A stretch of 64,000 bases of DNA from Centroscyllium fabricii. Taxonomy: Eukaryota. The stretch lies in the NCBI GenBank assembly GCA_051313645.2, contig JBNRSN020000005.1:123008001-123072000 (forward strand), read 5' to 3'. The position numbers and the translations under genes were made by a program. Shown one piece after another: positions 1-11,224 of the stretch (its first letter is position 1; the number at the start of each line of letters is the position of its first letter). The notes under the pieces were generated by a model. That model worked only from the letters and a program-made list of their open reading frames with translations, did not search any database and was not told the DNA's origin.

Positions 1-1429
1 TTTACATCTCCCTCGCGGCGGCGGTTGGCTCTGCTCGGGCTGGCCCCGGGCAGGTTTCTCAAGATGCTGGACACGCCAGCAGTCGGTATAACTCAAAGAG
101 GAGTCTTCCTTCTCTGTCTACCCCTCTTCAACGCTCAACTGCCTGCCGTACGGTGCGCTGGACCGTGCTGTCTTCCTTGCTAGACCGGGCCCTGTGGTGA
201 GCCGGCCTGCACTTTCGAGCCGATCTGTGACTGTCTGCCTTTCCTTCGTCTGCTAGATTGTCTCGCCGGGCTACGCTGCTCGTTCTGAACTCAGCTTAAC
301 CGCCGAACTGTGTCTCCGTGCTCGTTTAGTTCCTTCAGCACCTCCAGTACATTCGGTAATACTCTGCGATACTCTGCAGATTGCTCAGCAGATTCCGCAT
401 ACAACAGCCCCCTCCGATCCAGCACTACTCAGCTTCAGCAGACTGCAACCGATGCTCAGCAGATTGTGTGGACTCTGTAGTCTTGTTATATTTTGAAACT
501 ATGGGCTTATCTCCCGCCCAAATCGTGATAAGTCTTTTGTACGAATAAATGGCTCGGAAGCCTCTGTTGTCTTGTTAACCTGTTCCGGGATTGCCCGAGA
601 ACGGGCCCAACTATCTGTGAAGTGTTTTTCTTTGTCAGGCAATTATGTTAATGGCGTACCGATGGTTTTGCTGTTAACAAATAATGAAATCTTAAGTCTG
701 GCTAACCGGGTCAGTCGATCGGTTTCTGGCAGTGTCATATTTAAACTTGTTAAAAGGTGTTCCTTATTGTCTGGCTAAACGGGCCAGTCAATCGGTTTCG
801 GGGAGGGCTTGCTTAATCTCACAAGAAGTGTCATTCCTCAGCACCTCCATGTCTGGGCGCTGGCAAGTTTTCGCGGGCTTTTACAAAGCCAATACATAAT
901 GTTGTCTGGTCGGCAGTTAAGTTTATTCAGGAGATGTACTGGAAAGTTCTGGTCGGTTGGTCACAGGGTCTGGTGGCCATCTTAGAGGCCCCTCTCTCTC
1001 TCTTTCAAGAAGCCGCAGCCCTTTTCTGTGTTGCAGCCATTTTGTCTAATAAAATGTTCAAATTAAACTGACTTTTCTCCTGTCGTTCTTGAATCGCGGT
1101 AATTGCGAACTTTTACAAGGATAGTCATTATTGATAAAGTAAGAGATGGGTTCGGGGCCGTAGAGGCAAGTGTGGTGTGCGCGCTGGGGCCCTTGTGCAA
1201 TGCAGGGTCCGCGGTTGATGGCGACGCCCGTGATTCACACGCGGCGGGCCGCGGTGGTGTTTCGGACCGTTGGGTGAGTCTCCGAGAAAGCCCTTGGGAA
1301 GACCGAAGGGCTCTTGGCGCACCAGCGCCCGAATGCTGAAGTGGCCTGGAGTAGTCTGTTGCAGCTGCCAGGACCGCAGAGGTTGATTTTAAGTTGCTAG
1401 TTGCTGCAGCAGCCTGTACGTTTAAAATT

Positions 1430-1895
1430 TTCCTGCACAAAGATGGCGTCGTCACGTGATGGGGCGGGACCACAGCTGCCTGGTTGCGATTTCTCCTATA
1501 CCAAGATGGTGGTGTCATGTGATGGGGCTGGGCCGCTGTTGCCGGGATGCGATTTGCCCCACACAAAGATGGCGGTGTCACGTGATGGGGCGGGGCCATT
1601 GCTGCCGGGATGATCGACGGTGGTGGCATCACGTGATAGGGTGGGGCCTCTGCCGTGGTGATCGACATTGATGATGTCACGTGATGGGGCGGGGCCTCTG
1701 CCGGGCTGCGAGTTGCCCGCATCAAAGATGGCGGCGCCCTGTGTGCCGCTGCTGCCAGGAGGCCCGACGGCGCCCGCGTTTCGCGCCGAAACGCCGAAGA
1801 AGAAGGCCGCGCCTCCAAAAATGGCGGAGCGCGGGGAACGACCGTGATGGGAGACGCCCGCGCCCCCAAAGTTGGCGGAGCGTGGGAAACGACGA
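1430..1895. repeat. Degenerate tandem repeat (about 50-64 bp unit) with AAGATGGCG / GTCACGTGAT / GGGGCGGGG motifs
   Basis: Units visible at about 1439, 1503, 1566, 1628, 1676 and 1725, with partial units at 1818 and 1868. Confidence 0.8.
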
Positions 1896-2803
1896 GGCAA
1901 GGTAGGTCTCAATTGTTCTGAGGACCGCTGTTGGGGGGCGCTAAGTACCTGAGGCCTCTCTGTGGCATGGAAATCACAGGCTGCTGCCGTTTTCCTTGCT
2001 GATTCTGGAGCCGATCGGCAGACCTTCGCAAAATGGCCCTTCTTGCCACATTTGGAGCAGGATGACGACTTTGTTGGGCAGGAGCTTCGTGGATGGCGTT
2101 TTTGGCCACAAAAATGGCATTTAAGAGGCGCTGGCTGTCCAGATGGCGCCGTGGCCGCCGTCGAGGGCACCGAACGCGAGTCCCAAGGCCCAGGGGAAAC
2201 CGTGTGGGAGCCGTGCCCCGTGTACGAATCCAGGCTGCGGAGGGCCCCATCCACTGCATTGGAGAGCTTCACCACCTGATTCAGGGACAAATGATCCTGC
2301 TCGAGCAGGCGGGTGCGAGCTGGGGCCGATCGGATTCCTGCCACGTAGGCATCGCGGACGAGGAGGTCCATATGCTCCTGGGCGTTAACAGGTGCACATT
2401 CACAGCGCAGAGCGAGAGCTTGAAGAGCCTCCAGGTACTCCTCATTCGACTCACCATGCTGTTGACTCCGCGTGGCAAGTAGATGGCGAGCGTAGACGGC
2501 GTTGACTGGCTGGAGGTATCGATCCCTCAGCAGCTCCAACGCTGCATCGTAGTCAGTGGCATTCTTGATGATCGAATATACCCTACCACTGACGCAGGAG
2601 ATCAGGACCCGTCTCCTATGCGCATCGCTGACTCCGGCCACCACCAGAAACGATTCGAAGCAGCTCAGCCAGTGCTCAAAATCGTTCGAAGCGTTCGGTG
2701 CCTGGGGGTGGAGGTCGAGAGTTTTCAGTTTAAGGATCGATTTCCAGTTATCTGATGCAACTGGTTGGTGGCTCTGTTCTTGCTCATCCTCGTGCTGGCT
2801 CAT
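1496..2803 (-). CDS. gag: Gypsy Gag-like protein with two CCHC zinc knuckles, running into a repeat-derived tail
   Basis: ATG at 2803 (MSQHEDEQ). Knuckles CHFCGQKRHPRSSC and CSKCGKKGHFAKVC. The YARHLLATRSQ/LVRDAYVAGIRS segments align by eye with the Gag of the 34537-38571 polyprotein. Confidence 0.8.
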   Translation of the reverse strand: MSQHEDEQEQSHQPVASDNWKSILKLKTLDLHPQAPNASNDFEHWLSCFESFLVVAGVSDAHRRRVLISCVSGRVYSIIKNATDYDAALELLRDRYLQPVNAVYARHLLATRSQQHGESNEEYLEALQALALRCECAPVNAQEHMDLLVRDAYVAGIRSAPARTRLLEQDHLSLNQVVKLSNAVDGALRSLDSYTGHGSHTVSPGPWDSRSVPSTAATAPSGQPAPLKCHFCGQKRHPRSSCPTKSSSCSKCGKKGHFAKVCRSAPESARKTAAACDFHATERPQVLSAPQQRSSEQLRPTLPRRFPRSANFGGAGVSHHGRSPRSAIFGGAAFFFGVSARNAGAVGPPGSSGTQGAAIFDAGNSQPGRGPAPSRDIINVDHHGRGPTLSRDATTVDHPGSNGPAPSRDTAIFVWGKSHPGNSGPAPSHDTTILV

Positions 2804-2827
2804 TGTAAAAATCTTAGCTAATAAAAT

Positions 2828-3057
2828 TGATGCGCAAATCAATTACGCCAGTCTTTGGTGAAGAGTAATTGATGGCTTTTATTAGCTAAGAACTAGACCT
2901 GGTCCGCGATGAGTCCGCCCGGAATGAGAGTCAGGTGGGCGGAGCATCCTCCTTTATACTCATACCTGGAGGCGGGGTCAGCTGGTCCAGGTCCTTACAG
3001 AAAGGAACAGATTTATTAGCACAAACTATATACAATAATAACACAGTGTGAACCACA
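2828..3057 (-). repeat. 5' LTR of element A
   Basis: Plus strand tgatgcgc...gaaccaca. On the minus strand there is TATAAA near 2958 and AATAAA near 2883. Confidence 0.8.
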
Positions 3058-3061
3058 CTAA

Positions 3062-4130
3062 ATGGTTCACCACACACGTCATCACTGGAGATACCCCCAA
3101 AACAGGATTTACAGACAGTGGATGAGCTACCTCAATGTGACTGAGCATCAGTGCCAAAGGAGGCCCAGACTTTTGCGAGAGGCAGTGTGTGAGATCTGCA
3201 CAATGCTGCAGCAAGACCTGGAGCCCAGAGGAGCAGGTGGACACCTCTTACCAGTGGCTGTTAAAGTCACCACCACACTCAACTTTTTTGCTTCAGGCTC
3301 ATTCCAGGGATCAACAGCAGACATCAGTGGCATCTCCCAGGTGGCTGCACACACTTGCATTATGCAGGTAACTGATGCCCTCTTTGCCATCATGCGCAAT
3401 CACATCAACTTCTCCAAGGATCAAGCAAGTGTAACCACACGTGCAGTTGGATTTGCTAATCTGGCAGACTTTCCAAGGGTGCAGGGAGTTGTTGACTGCA
3501 CACATGTGGCCCTTAAGGCACCCCATCACAATTCAGATCTTTTTGTCAACTGCAAGGGCTTCCACTCCCTTAACATGCAGCTGGTGTGTAACCACAATAA
3601 TTAAATTTTGCATGATTGCGCCAAGTACCCTGGCAGTTGCCATAACTCCTTCATCCTGCACCAGTCTAGTGTGCCTCTGCTCTTCAGTCCACCGGACCAA
3701 CATTGCAGATGGTTACTTGGAGACAAGTGCTATCCCCTGAAGATATGACTAATGCCGCCATTGAGGAGGCCAGCCAATGCAGCTGAGGAGCGCTACAACT
3801 CCAGCCACATTTCCACCAGATCCATCATCAAGCAAACCATCGCTTGCTGAAGATGTGATTCAGATGCCTTGATAGATCAGGTGGTGCCCTGCAGTACTCA
3901 GCAGCCAGGGTCTCCAAAATCGTCGTGGTCTGCTGTGCACTTCACAACATGGCACAGCATCGTGGCTTGCAGCTGCCTGGGGTACAAGTGGCTCATCGCA
4001 TAGCCTCCTTAGATGAGGATGAGGAGGAGAAGGAGGAGGAGGAGAGCGACAATGAACAGCTTGTGGAGGCGCATCAACCAGCAGCAGCAGGACGCGAGCC
4101 CGGAATGCAAAGGATGCACTCACCTTGGGC
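3062..4130 (+). pseudogene. Harbinger DDE transposase pseudogene
   Basis: Motifs [35 protein letters not shown] and VVCCALHNMA, plus an acidic tail. Stops and frameshifts are present. Confidence 0.85.
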
Positions 4131-4398
4131 AGATTTGCTTAGCCTGCCCAATCAAACACATTTGCCTCGCACCGTCTTACCACACCATCGACAATGGGCA
4201 ATAACCTATGGCTTCTTATCACTCTGACCACCATACTGACAATTCCACGCTGCCTTGAGCCCTCAAAGTGGAAGTCCCATTTGTGAAATGACAGCCCACA
4301 ACTTCAACAGTTTGCCATCAAGTTATTTTATCACATAAATGCATGGATGGCTTTTCAAAAATAAACACAGCAGCACACCCAAGTGACTACCCTTGTGA

Positions 4399-6399
4399 CT
4401 ACTTGTGCTTTATCTTCCTCTTACGTGTGCTCCTACGTGGTGCTTCCTCTGTGGCTTCAGCAGATGTGGATGCTCCTTGCTCACTTTCTTGCTGCTCCTG
4501 CCTCAACACCTTTGGTGGGTGTCCTCTGGGATTGCAAGCTTTTGAGGGCTCATCAACAGTCTGCTGCTCTTGCGGCTGTGCAGGGGATGAGATGCCCATC
4601 TCAGTTGGGTGAGGTCCCTGGTGGGGCTCTGACCGAGGGCTCTGCAGTGGCATGGTCGTGTGAGTGCTTGGAAAGGAGCCCCCACTTCCTTGTTCTCTGC
4701 CACCAACATCCCTCTCATGGGTCAGCCACACTTCAGAGCTAGCAAGTGGCTTGACAGCACCTTGCTGCACTTCAGGGGGGCCATGTGGACCCGTTTCTGC
4801 ACTGGATGTCCTACTCCAGTGGACATCCATGAAGGTCTGGTTTCTCTGCTAAATAGCTGACCATCGCTCCTCAAGAGATGTCAGTCTATTCTGAACAATG
4901 ACCATATTTTCAACACTCTGGCGACTTAGCTCCTCCATTGCCATAGCCATCCTCTCCTCTACCATAGTCATCCTCTCCTCTACTATAGCCATCCTCTCCT
5001 CTACGGTAGCCAGCCTTACCACGGAGGTTGCCATCCTTTCCGTGTTGATGCGTTCATACACTAATGCCTCCACAAAGGCTCTGCTCATGTTAGCGATGGA
5101 CTCCTCCATTCGTTCCACACTGACAGCGACCCTGGAGACAAAACCAGCCAGAGACCCCTGCACCTGTTCCTAGAGTTCCAGCACCGCTCTCCTTCTGGAT
5201 GGACCTGAAGGCACAGAGTCGACATGCAGCTGGGCCGAACTGGGAAAGTCCTGCGCCCTCCAACGAGGACTCTCCACTGCTGTCGCTGTCTCCACCATCT
5301 ACTGATGCTCACTTGTGAGCTGTGATACACCAGGTGCCAACACTACTCTATGTCCCGAAGGACCCACCGAGGTGTGAGTATCTGCGCTGGTGCTGGATGC
5401 ACTTAATTCTGCTGACGCTGCACCCTCAGAAGTTGCAGCTTCCTCTGGGGAGTCTTCTGGTTCAGGCTGTACCTCCTGGACAGTGGAGAGGGGCTGTCGA
5501 TGGTCCCGTGGGGAAGTAAAGGAAAGAGTTAGGCATGTGAGATAAACATTGCATACACATTGAGGTGTGCAGATTATCAAAAGTCTATCTGTTACAGCAT
5601 TAGAATCAAGATCAGTCACTCATGCAATGTCAATGAGAGAGATGAAAAACTATTGTCACCAGCTTGCTCTGATGCGCCCGACTATCCGTCCCTCACTTGC
5701 ACATCCTCCTCCACTCCCATGATCTCCAGGGCCACCTCCTCTGCAGTGGTGAGCTGGGCTATTGAGGGTGGCCCTCCTCCTGTCCTTGCCCTTTCCCTCT
5801 TATTGTGCGCTCTCTTTTCCTGCAATAAGGGACACAAGTGGAGTCTGAGTGAGAATGAAGGAGTCTAGAGACTCTATAGCATAGATGCTTCGACGGACAC
5901 AAAGATTGAGTGAGGTCCCAAGACAAAGGGCCCTCCCTGTGTGTTGTAAGTTATTGTCATAGCATCACATTGATAGGGAGTGTGAGGGCTACATAGTCGA
6001 ATAGTTAAGTGAATGTGAACATACAGAGAGAGGGAATGGTTAAGGGTGCAAGGACGTAAGTGTCAAGTGGGATGTGGAGGAGGATGTTGACAAAGCGGAG
6101 TGCAGGTGATGAGAGGCGATGGGGGAGTAGATTGAGGGTCATGGTGCTGTAATATTCACTTTTCCTGTGTGGAAAAGGTCATGAAACCTCTTTCTGCACT
6201 GCAGCCAGGTTCTGCTGCACATTGAAATGGCATTCACCTCCTGTATCACTTGCAGCCACACAACTTTCATCTGTTGGGGAGGACCTTTCCTCCCAGAAGA
6301 AAGAAACAGCACTTCCTTATTGGCTCTTGCTCCCTCTGCCAGAGCTTGGAGGGAGTCCTCATCAAAACAGGGTGCACACTTTGGTCTGGAGCTTGCCAT
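4399..6399 (-). pseudogene. Harbinger ORF2 (Myb/SANT-like DNA-binding protein), multi-exon, degenerate
   Basis: Exon 6399-6160 (APCF..SLQAL...W..VNA...RTWLQCRKRFHDL) ends at a GTGAAT donor. Exon about 5819-5660 reads EKRAHNKRERARTGGGPP. Later exons include a 21-bp-repeat coiled coil (VEERMAI/VEERMTM) and a basic C-terminus RRSTRKRKIK. Confidence 0.75.
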
Positions 6400-6743
6400 G
6401 GTTGGAGCCCTAATTGCTCATAAGTGTAATCAAAAAGTTTTGACAGAAAAGGAACCAAGGCTGCTTGCAGGCCTTAAATGCAGCTGCATAGATGACATCA
6501 TCAGAGGCGAGTTTCAGGGCCAAAGGAATCATTGGGCGAGGGGTTCCCACATGCTGGGAATCAAGTGCCCAATTAGGGCAAAATCGCTCAATTGTCTCGC
6601 CTCACAGCGGACCCGCCGAACACCTGACCCGACCTCAACCCGCCCCCAATGAAAAAATCTAGCCCCATGAATTACTTTGGAAGTGAGACGCTTGTTGTTT
6701 GAATAAACACCTACACATTTTACTTAAACATTCTAATGATACG

Positions 6744-7110
6744 ACACGGTGGCGCAGTGGTTAGCACTGCTGCCTCGCAATAAGGAGCTCCTGGGTTTGA
6801 ATCCTGATTAGCCCGGGACCTCTCTGCATGGAGTTTGCATGTTCTCCCTGTGTTTGTGTGAGTTTTCTCCGGGTACTCCGGTTTCTTCCCACCACCCAAA
6901 GACATGCAGGTTAGGTGAATTGGAGATACTAAAAATTGCCCATGAGTATGTGTGTGAGATATAGTTCTTAGAGTTGGGGGTGTCAGGGGATATGGGGAGA
7001 GGGTAGGAGGGGGGTGCTGGGTTTGGATGATCAGCCATGATCTCATCAAAAATGGCGGAGCAGGCTCGAAGGGCCGAATGGCCTACTCCTGCTCCTAGTT
7101 TCTGTGTATT
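6744..7110 (+). mobile_element. tRNA-derived V-SINE (HE1-like) with CR1-type 3' tail
   Basis: A-box ggtggcgcagtggttagc, V-domain tggagtttgcatgttctccc, and tail ggagcaggctcgaagggccgaatggcctactcctgctcct. Confidence 0.85.
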
Positions 7111-8274
7111 CTTGTCTTAATGACCCTGTGAATATGCTAAAACATAAGGAATTCCAATGCAATATTTAATGAAATCATTGAGCTGTTTTCAATTGTCATT
7201 GCTAATGTCAAGGAGACTTACATCCAGAAATTAAAATGGGCCAGGATGGTTTGGGATGCTTGTCTTGTTGCACAGGGTACTTACAGAATTAGTTCTTCAT
7301 TTTTCTGTAAGATTTCCACAGTTGGCTTCTTTCAAAGGCTGTTGGAACTTGTGAGGTTATGAAAAAACTTTAAGTGCCTGGTTGTGCAGACCTTCTGCCA
7401 CACGCTCCCAGGCCAGCCTGTTACTAGTGCAAATAAGTTTATTTTTGTTCTTGTTGCTGAGCCATGCTGCCACTGCCTTCTGCCTTGCTACCATTCCTCC
7501 ACTTTGCCACCTCGCCTGCTGTCACCACCTGCATTATGAGTTGGCTCCTTTGCCAGGGCTTTCCAACAGAAGCAAGGTGGGCAGGTACTGGCCCTCGTAT
7601 GTTATGCTTCTGGTGTCATTACCATACCAGAGGTGGGCTCACTGGCCTTTGTGGGTCTCAGTGGAGGTAGAAACGTGCAGCTGGAGGCCCCAGTGTCCTG
7701 ATGCTGCAGCCGCCTTCTTCTTAGACAGTCCCTCGGAACCGAGGATGACTGAATCTGCAGCCAAATGAGGTGGTCAATATTTTTTTTAAATTAAGCAGCA
7801 TTTCCCCTTATCTGATAGGACCTGTGCAGGACTGCACTCTTAGAGCCCTGGCACAAGAAATTTGGCCTACTTTAATCACTCTTCCAGGTCAGCCCAAGTA
7901 CCCCCTCCACCAACTTCTAAATGTTGGATATCACAGAAGTAGACATGTCTGGAGGCGACAAAAGCATAGCTGAAGGTTTTAGGGGCAGAAGGGCTGAGGT
8001 AGAGGGTGGAGGCGGATGATGCTACAGAGGTAGAAGTATGCATTCTTTACGGTGAAGAGAATATAGCGTTGGAAGCTCAGCTTGGGGTCAATAAAACACT
8101 GAAGTTGTGAACAGCCTGGTTTAGCCTGAGATAGTGGCTGGGAGGGGGAATAGAGTTGGTGGCAAGGGTATGAAGGGGCTCAAAGATAATGGTTTTGGTC
8201 TTCCCAATGTATAGGTGGAGGAATGTGCGGCTCATTATTAACCAGATGGTGGGCAAGCAGTCTAACAACACAGA

Positions 8275-8442
8275 CTGCTTGCCCAACATAATGTTGGAGA
8301 GATTAGACTGCTCTCTCCCTTGTATATATGCTGTCTTCATATTAACTTCTCTTTCACCTGAGGAAGGAGCAGTGCGCCGAAAGCTTGTGATTTCAAATAA
8401 AACTGTTGGACTATAATCTGGTGTTGTGTGACTTCTTGCATT
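8275..8442 (+). mobile_element. Penelope-like element terminal fragment with 12-bp TSD
   Basis: TSD taacaacacaga at 8263-8274 and 8443-8454. Shares sequence with the copies at 13139, 15428 and 55329. Confidence 0.75.
8354..8390 (+). ncRNA. Minimal type I hammerhead ribozyme motif
   Basis: tcac-CTGAGGA-a-ggagca/tgcgcc-GAAA-gctt-gtga: core boxes, stem II and stem I (tcac/gtga). Confidence 0.65.
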
Positions 8443-11224
8443 TAACAACACAGAGACAGTGGAGGGGTCAAGAGGCATAATGGAGAGGTAGAGCTGAGTG
8501 CCATCAGCTGCGTGGAAGCTGACCCTATGTTTGTGGATGAAGTCACCGGGGCAGCATGGGCAGATTCTTGGGGGCATCCTGAAGCAACAGTGTGCCGGTG
8601 GGATTGGTAGAAATGCTTGGATATTGTTTTAAGATTTTTTTAAATATGTTTATATCAAGAAAGGAAATGGAAAATTCAGAGAAATGAGTGTTTGAAATAA
8701 TTGGACAATTAACAGTCCAATTCCTCAGGCCTGCCTTATCTGGTGCGCACATTGATTGTGGTGGTCATTTCACACCCGTAATCGGGTGCTAATGATTTTA
8801 GGCTTGATTAAGATTAAGATCTGAGTCTTGATTGAGATTACAACTGTGTCAGCTGCATAAATCAGGACATGTGTCATCAGTCCAGTGAGTTCAGATGAAA
8901 GCACGGTATTGTTGCAATACTGAAGCATTTTTAAGTAATAAAAAATCTTTAATTTAATTAAACCAAATCATTCAGTTCTGGCATATGGAGGAGAAAATCC
9001 TCACTTCTTGCACCTAACTGGTAACCTTGTAAGATGCATTTGAAAGCTTTGTCCCTTACAACGCCCCCTGGCAATTTTCAGCGCAAGGGGAAACCCAGCA
9101 AAACTGGGTTCCAGTCGATCTTCCAGCCCTTCTGCCACGCTCATGCCAGAATTACAGCGGGTGTATGCTGGGTGGGCTTTGGAATTTCGGCTCCTCGGTG
9201 ACCTCGCACTGACTTTGCATAGTCCAGTGGAGTCAGCAGCATTCATCACTGGCGAGCCCAGTCCGGGAGTCATTGCCAGGATTAAGCTCCTGAGGATTTC
9301 AGGCAAAATGTTTATTATTCCTTTGCATTGGAAATTATCCAATAGAGTGCTGAAAAAAAACAATTCTCTTTGCAATTGAAATTCCACATGGTGGTGCATG
9401 TGCCAACCTTGTTCAAAAACTCAATGGTCTCTTCGTTGCCCAATCAGTTTCTGCTTCTAAGGTTTTAATCCGTATCGAATGCCTTGATTATACAATGTAT
9501 CACGTATCAGATTGGCTCTGAACTCAGTCCCATTCCAACTCCGATTTGTTGTATAATTCTAGTCATGGACCTCAGGTGGTGTGTTTCACAGCAATGTCAG
9601 TTTGAACTCATGCCCATATAGCTTGACAGTAGACTCCATGCCACACTGCCTCATTTCTTATTGCCTAACTTGCCCTGCCAGCGCTATCCCTTTCACCATC
9701 CCTTCGCTGTACGGCACAGCTCAGGTCCTGCTTTATACCTGTTGTGCAGGGTGTTCTTGCTATGTTTTAAACTTTAAAGTATTTGCCAACGTGGGTGTAC
9801 GCTGCCTCTGTGACTGGAAAGAGAAAGACTGATATCGCAACGTGGCACTACCCCTCTGAGGGCATGAATTGGCGCTGGCAGATGCCTTCTAATGATCGTG
9901 GTTTATAACCAGAGCAATGCATTGCCTCAGTGAGCTGGCAATGAAATTAGTTGCACGATCCAAATACTTTTCAAGTTAGAAATGGTTACAAATGAACATT
10001 TTGTCTGATTTGTCTATTGACATGTTTGAGGAATAATAAGAAAGGAATATGACCACCCATCAGGGAGTCGGCAGCAAAAAGGTTAATGCTCACTTTTAAG
10101 TGAATAGGGCTGTTACACGTGCAGAATTTTTTTTCTCCAGTTTCAGACACTGCTTGGTAAACCAACCAAATGAGATAAAGCAGCTTTAATAGTCCATAAA
10201 ATTGCAATCACTTCATCTTGTGACCCACAAACAGTCAAAATCATCATTTAAAGTGCTGATTAATGAACAACATACTTAAATCATACTTAAAAGCAGGACA
10301 GCGCCACTCCTTTCTAATTGCAAGGCTGAATTAAAAAGTCACAAGTTAAAAACTGCGCAAAGTGGATGTTATCTTTAGAAGGTGTCACTGCATAAATGGT
10401 CTAAAGGAATGACAGTTTCTGTACTTCAGCTGCCAATTCATTGAGGTCAAGTGAGTCCTGTATTATATTTTATTAAAATAACATATACCACCTACGGAAT
10501 CTCCTGGAGACTACTGTAAATTGTTTTCTGGTAAATCTGCTCTAATGATGGAGAGTAACACTGTCTGTGAACATCTTCTGACACTGCAGCAAGACTGGAA
10601 CACTCTAGAAAAGAGGAAACAACCCTGGCACTGTAACACAAATGACAACATTCTTTAACTTAAGGTTCCCTACCGAGTTGCTATTAGTTAAAATAACTGT
10701 TCAAAGGTTAGTATCAATCAGAATTAGAGCTTCTCTCTTCTTTACGATACAGTTTGCACTCTAAATAAGGCTACAGGCAGAACAAAGCTGGCTGCCTCTC
10801 TGAGGAGCTGAGCCAAGCCAGTGTGCTCGATGGAAGGGAGAAGGGGCATTCGCAGATTAGCTTCATTCAGATGAATCTAAATTTGGAGTTTGGGTTAATT
10901 GAGATTTCAGATTCATCTTCTAATACCGAGGAATTGATATTTGGATCCTCTGAATACAAACTCAAATCTAAATGTCAAAAAAGTATGTAAATCAAAATGG
11001 TCCTAAATTGAAATAAAACTGCTATACTAAAGATCATGGCTAGTAAACACCATAATTTTGAGTCGTATACTGTGGATTGGGTAGGAGCATAACCACAAGG
11101 CTATTTCTCTCTACCCATGAGACTATGGGGGTTTCCAATGAACATATCACAATTAAAAGGTAAGTGGTCACATATAAGAACAAAAAGAATTGCCTTTATA
11201 AAGCTGTAATTTTTTTATTTTGTA

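Larger units (their letters stand above)
1060..3057 (-). mobile_element. Gypsy LTR element A: 5' LTR plus gag; no pol or 3' LTR visible
   Basis: LTR 2828-3057 has TG...CA ends and the same layout as the LTRs at 25248 and 38591. The gag ORF starts about 25 nt inside the LTR boundary. The left boundary is uncertain. Confidence 0.75.
3058..6666. mobile_element. Degenerate Harbinger/PIF DNA transposon with convergent transposase and Myb/SANT-like genes; left part interrupted by element A
   Basis: HARBI1-like transposase on + and a spliced MSANTD-like ORF on -. The putative right terminus is aaaatctagcccc at about 6654-6666. Confidence 0.85.
7970..8600 (-). mobile_element. L2-like LINE fragment
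   Basis: The minus-strand translation contains SFHAADGTQLYLS (degenerate YADDTQLY) and IGKTKTIIF. Confidence 0.7.

Noticed and set aside
1040-1060. Minus-strand ttttattagacaaaa resembling the self-pairing PBS
   Set aside because: There is no complementary arm or LTR at the expected ~50-nt distance.
1063-1869. 268-aa ORF downstream of gag A
   Set aside because: It is low complexity and repeat-derived, with no protease, RT or env motif.
6744-6810. tRNA gene
   Set aside because: It is the tRNA-derived head of a SINE with no complete cloverleaf.
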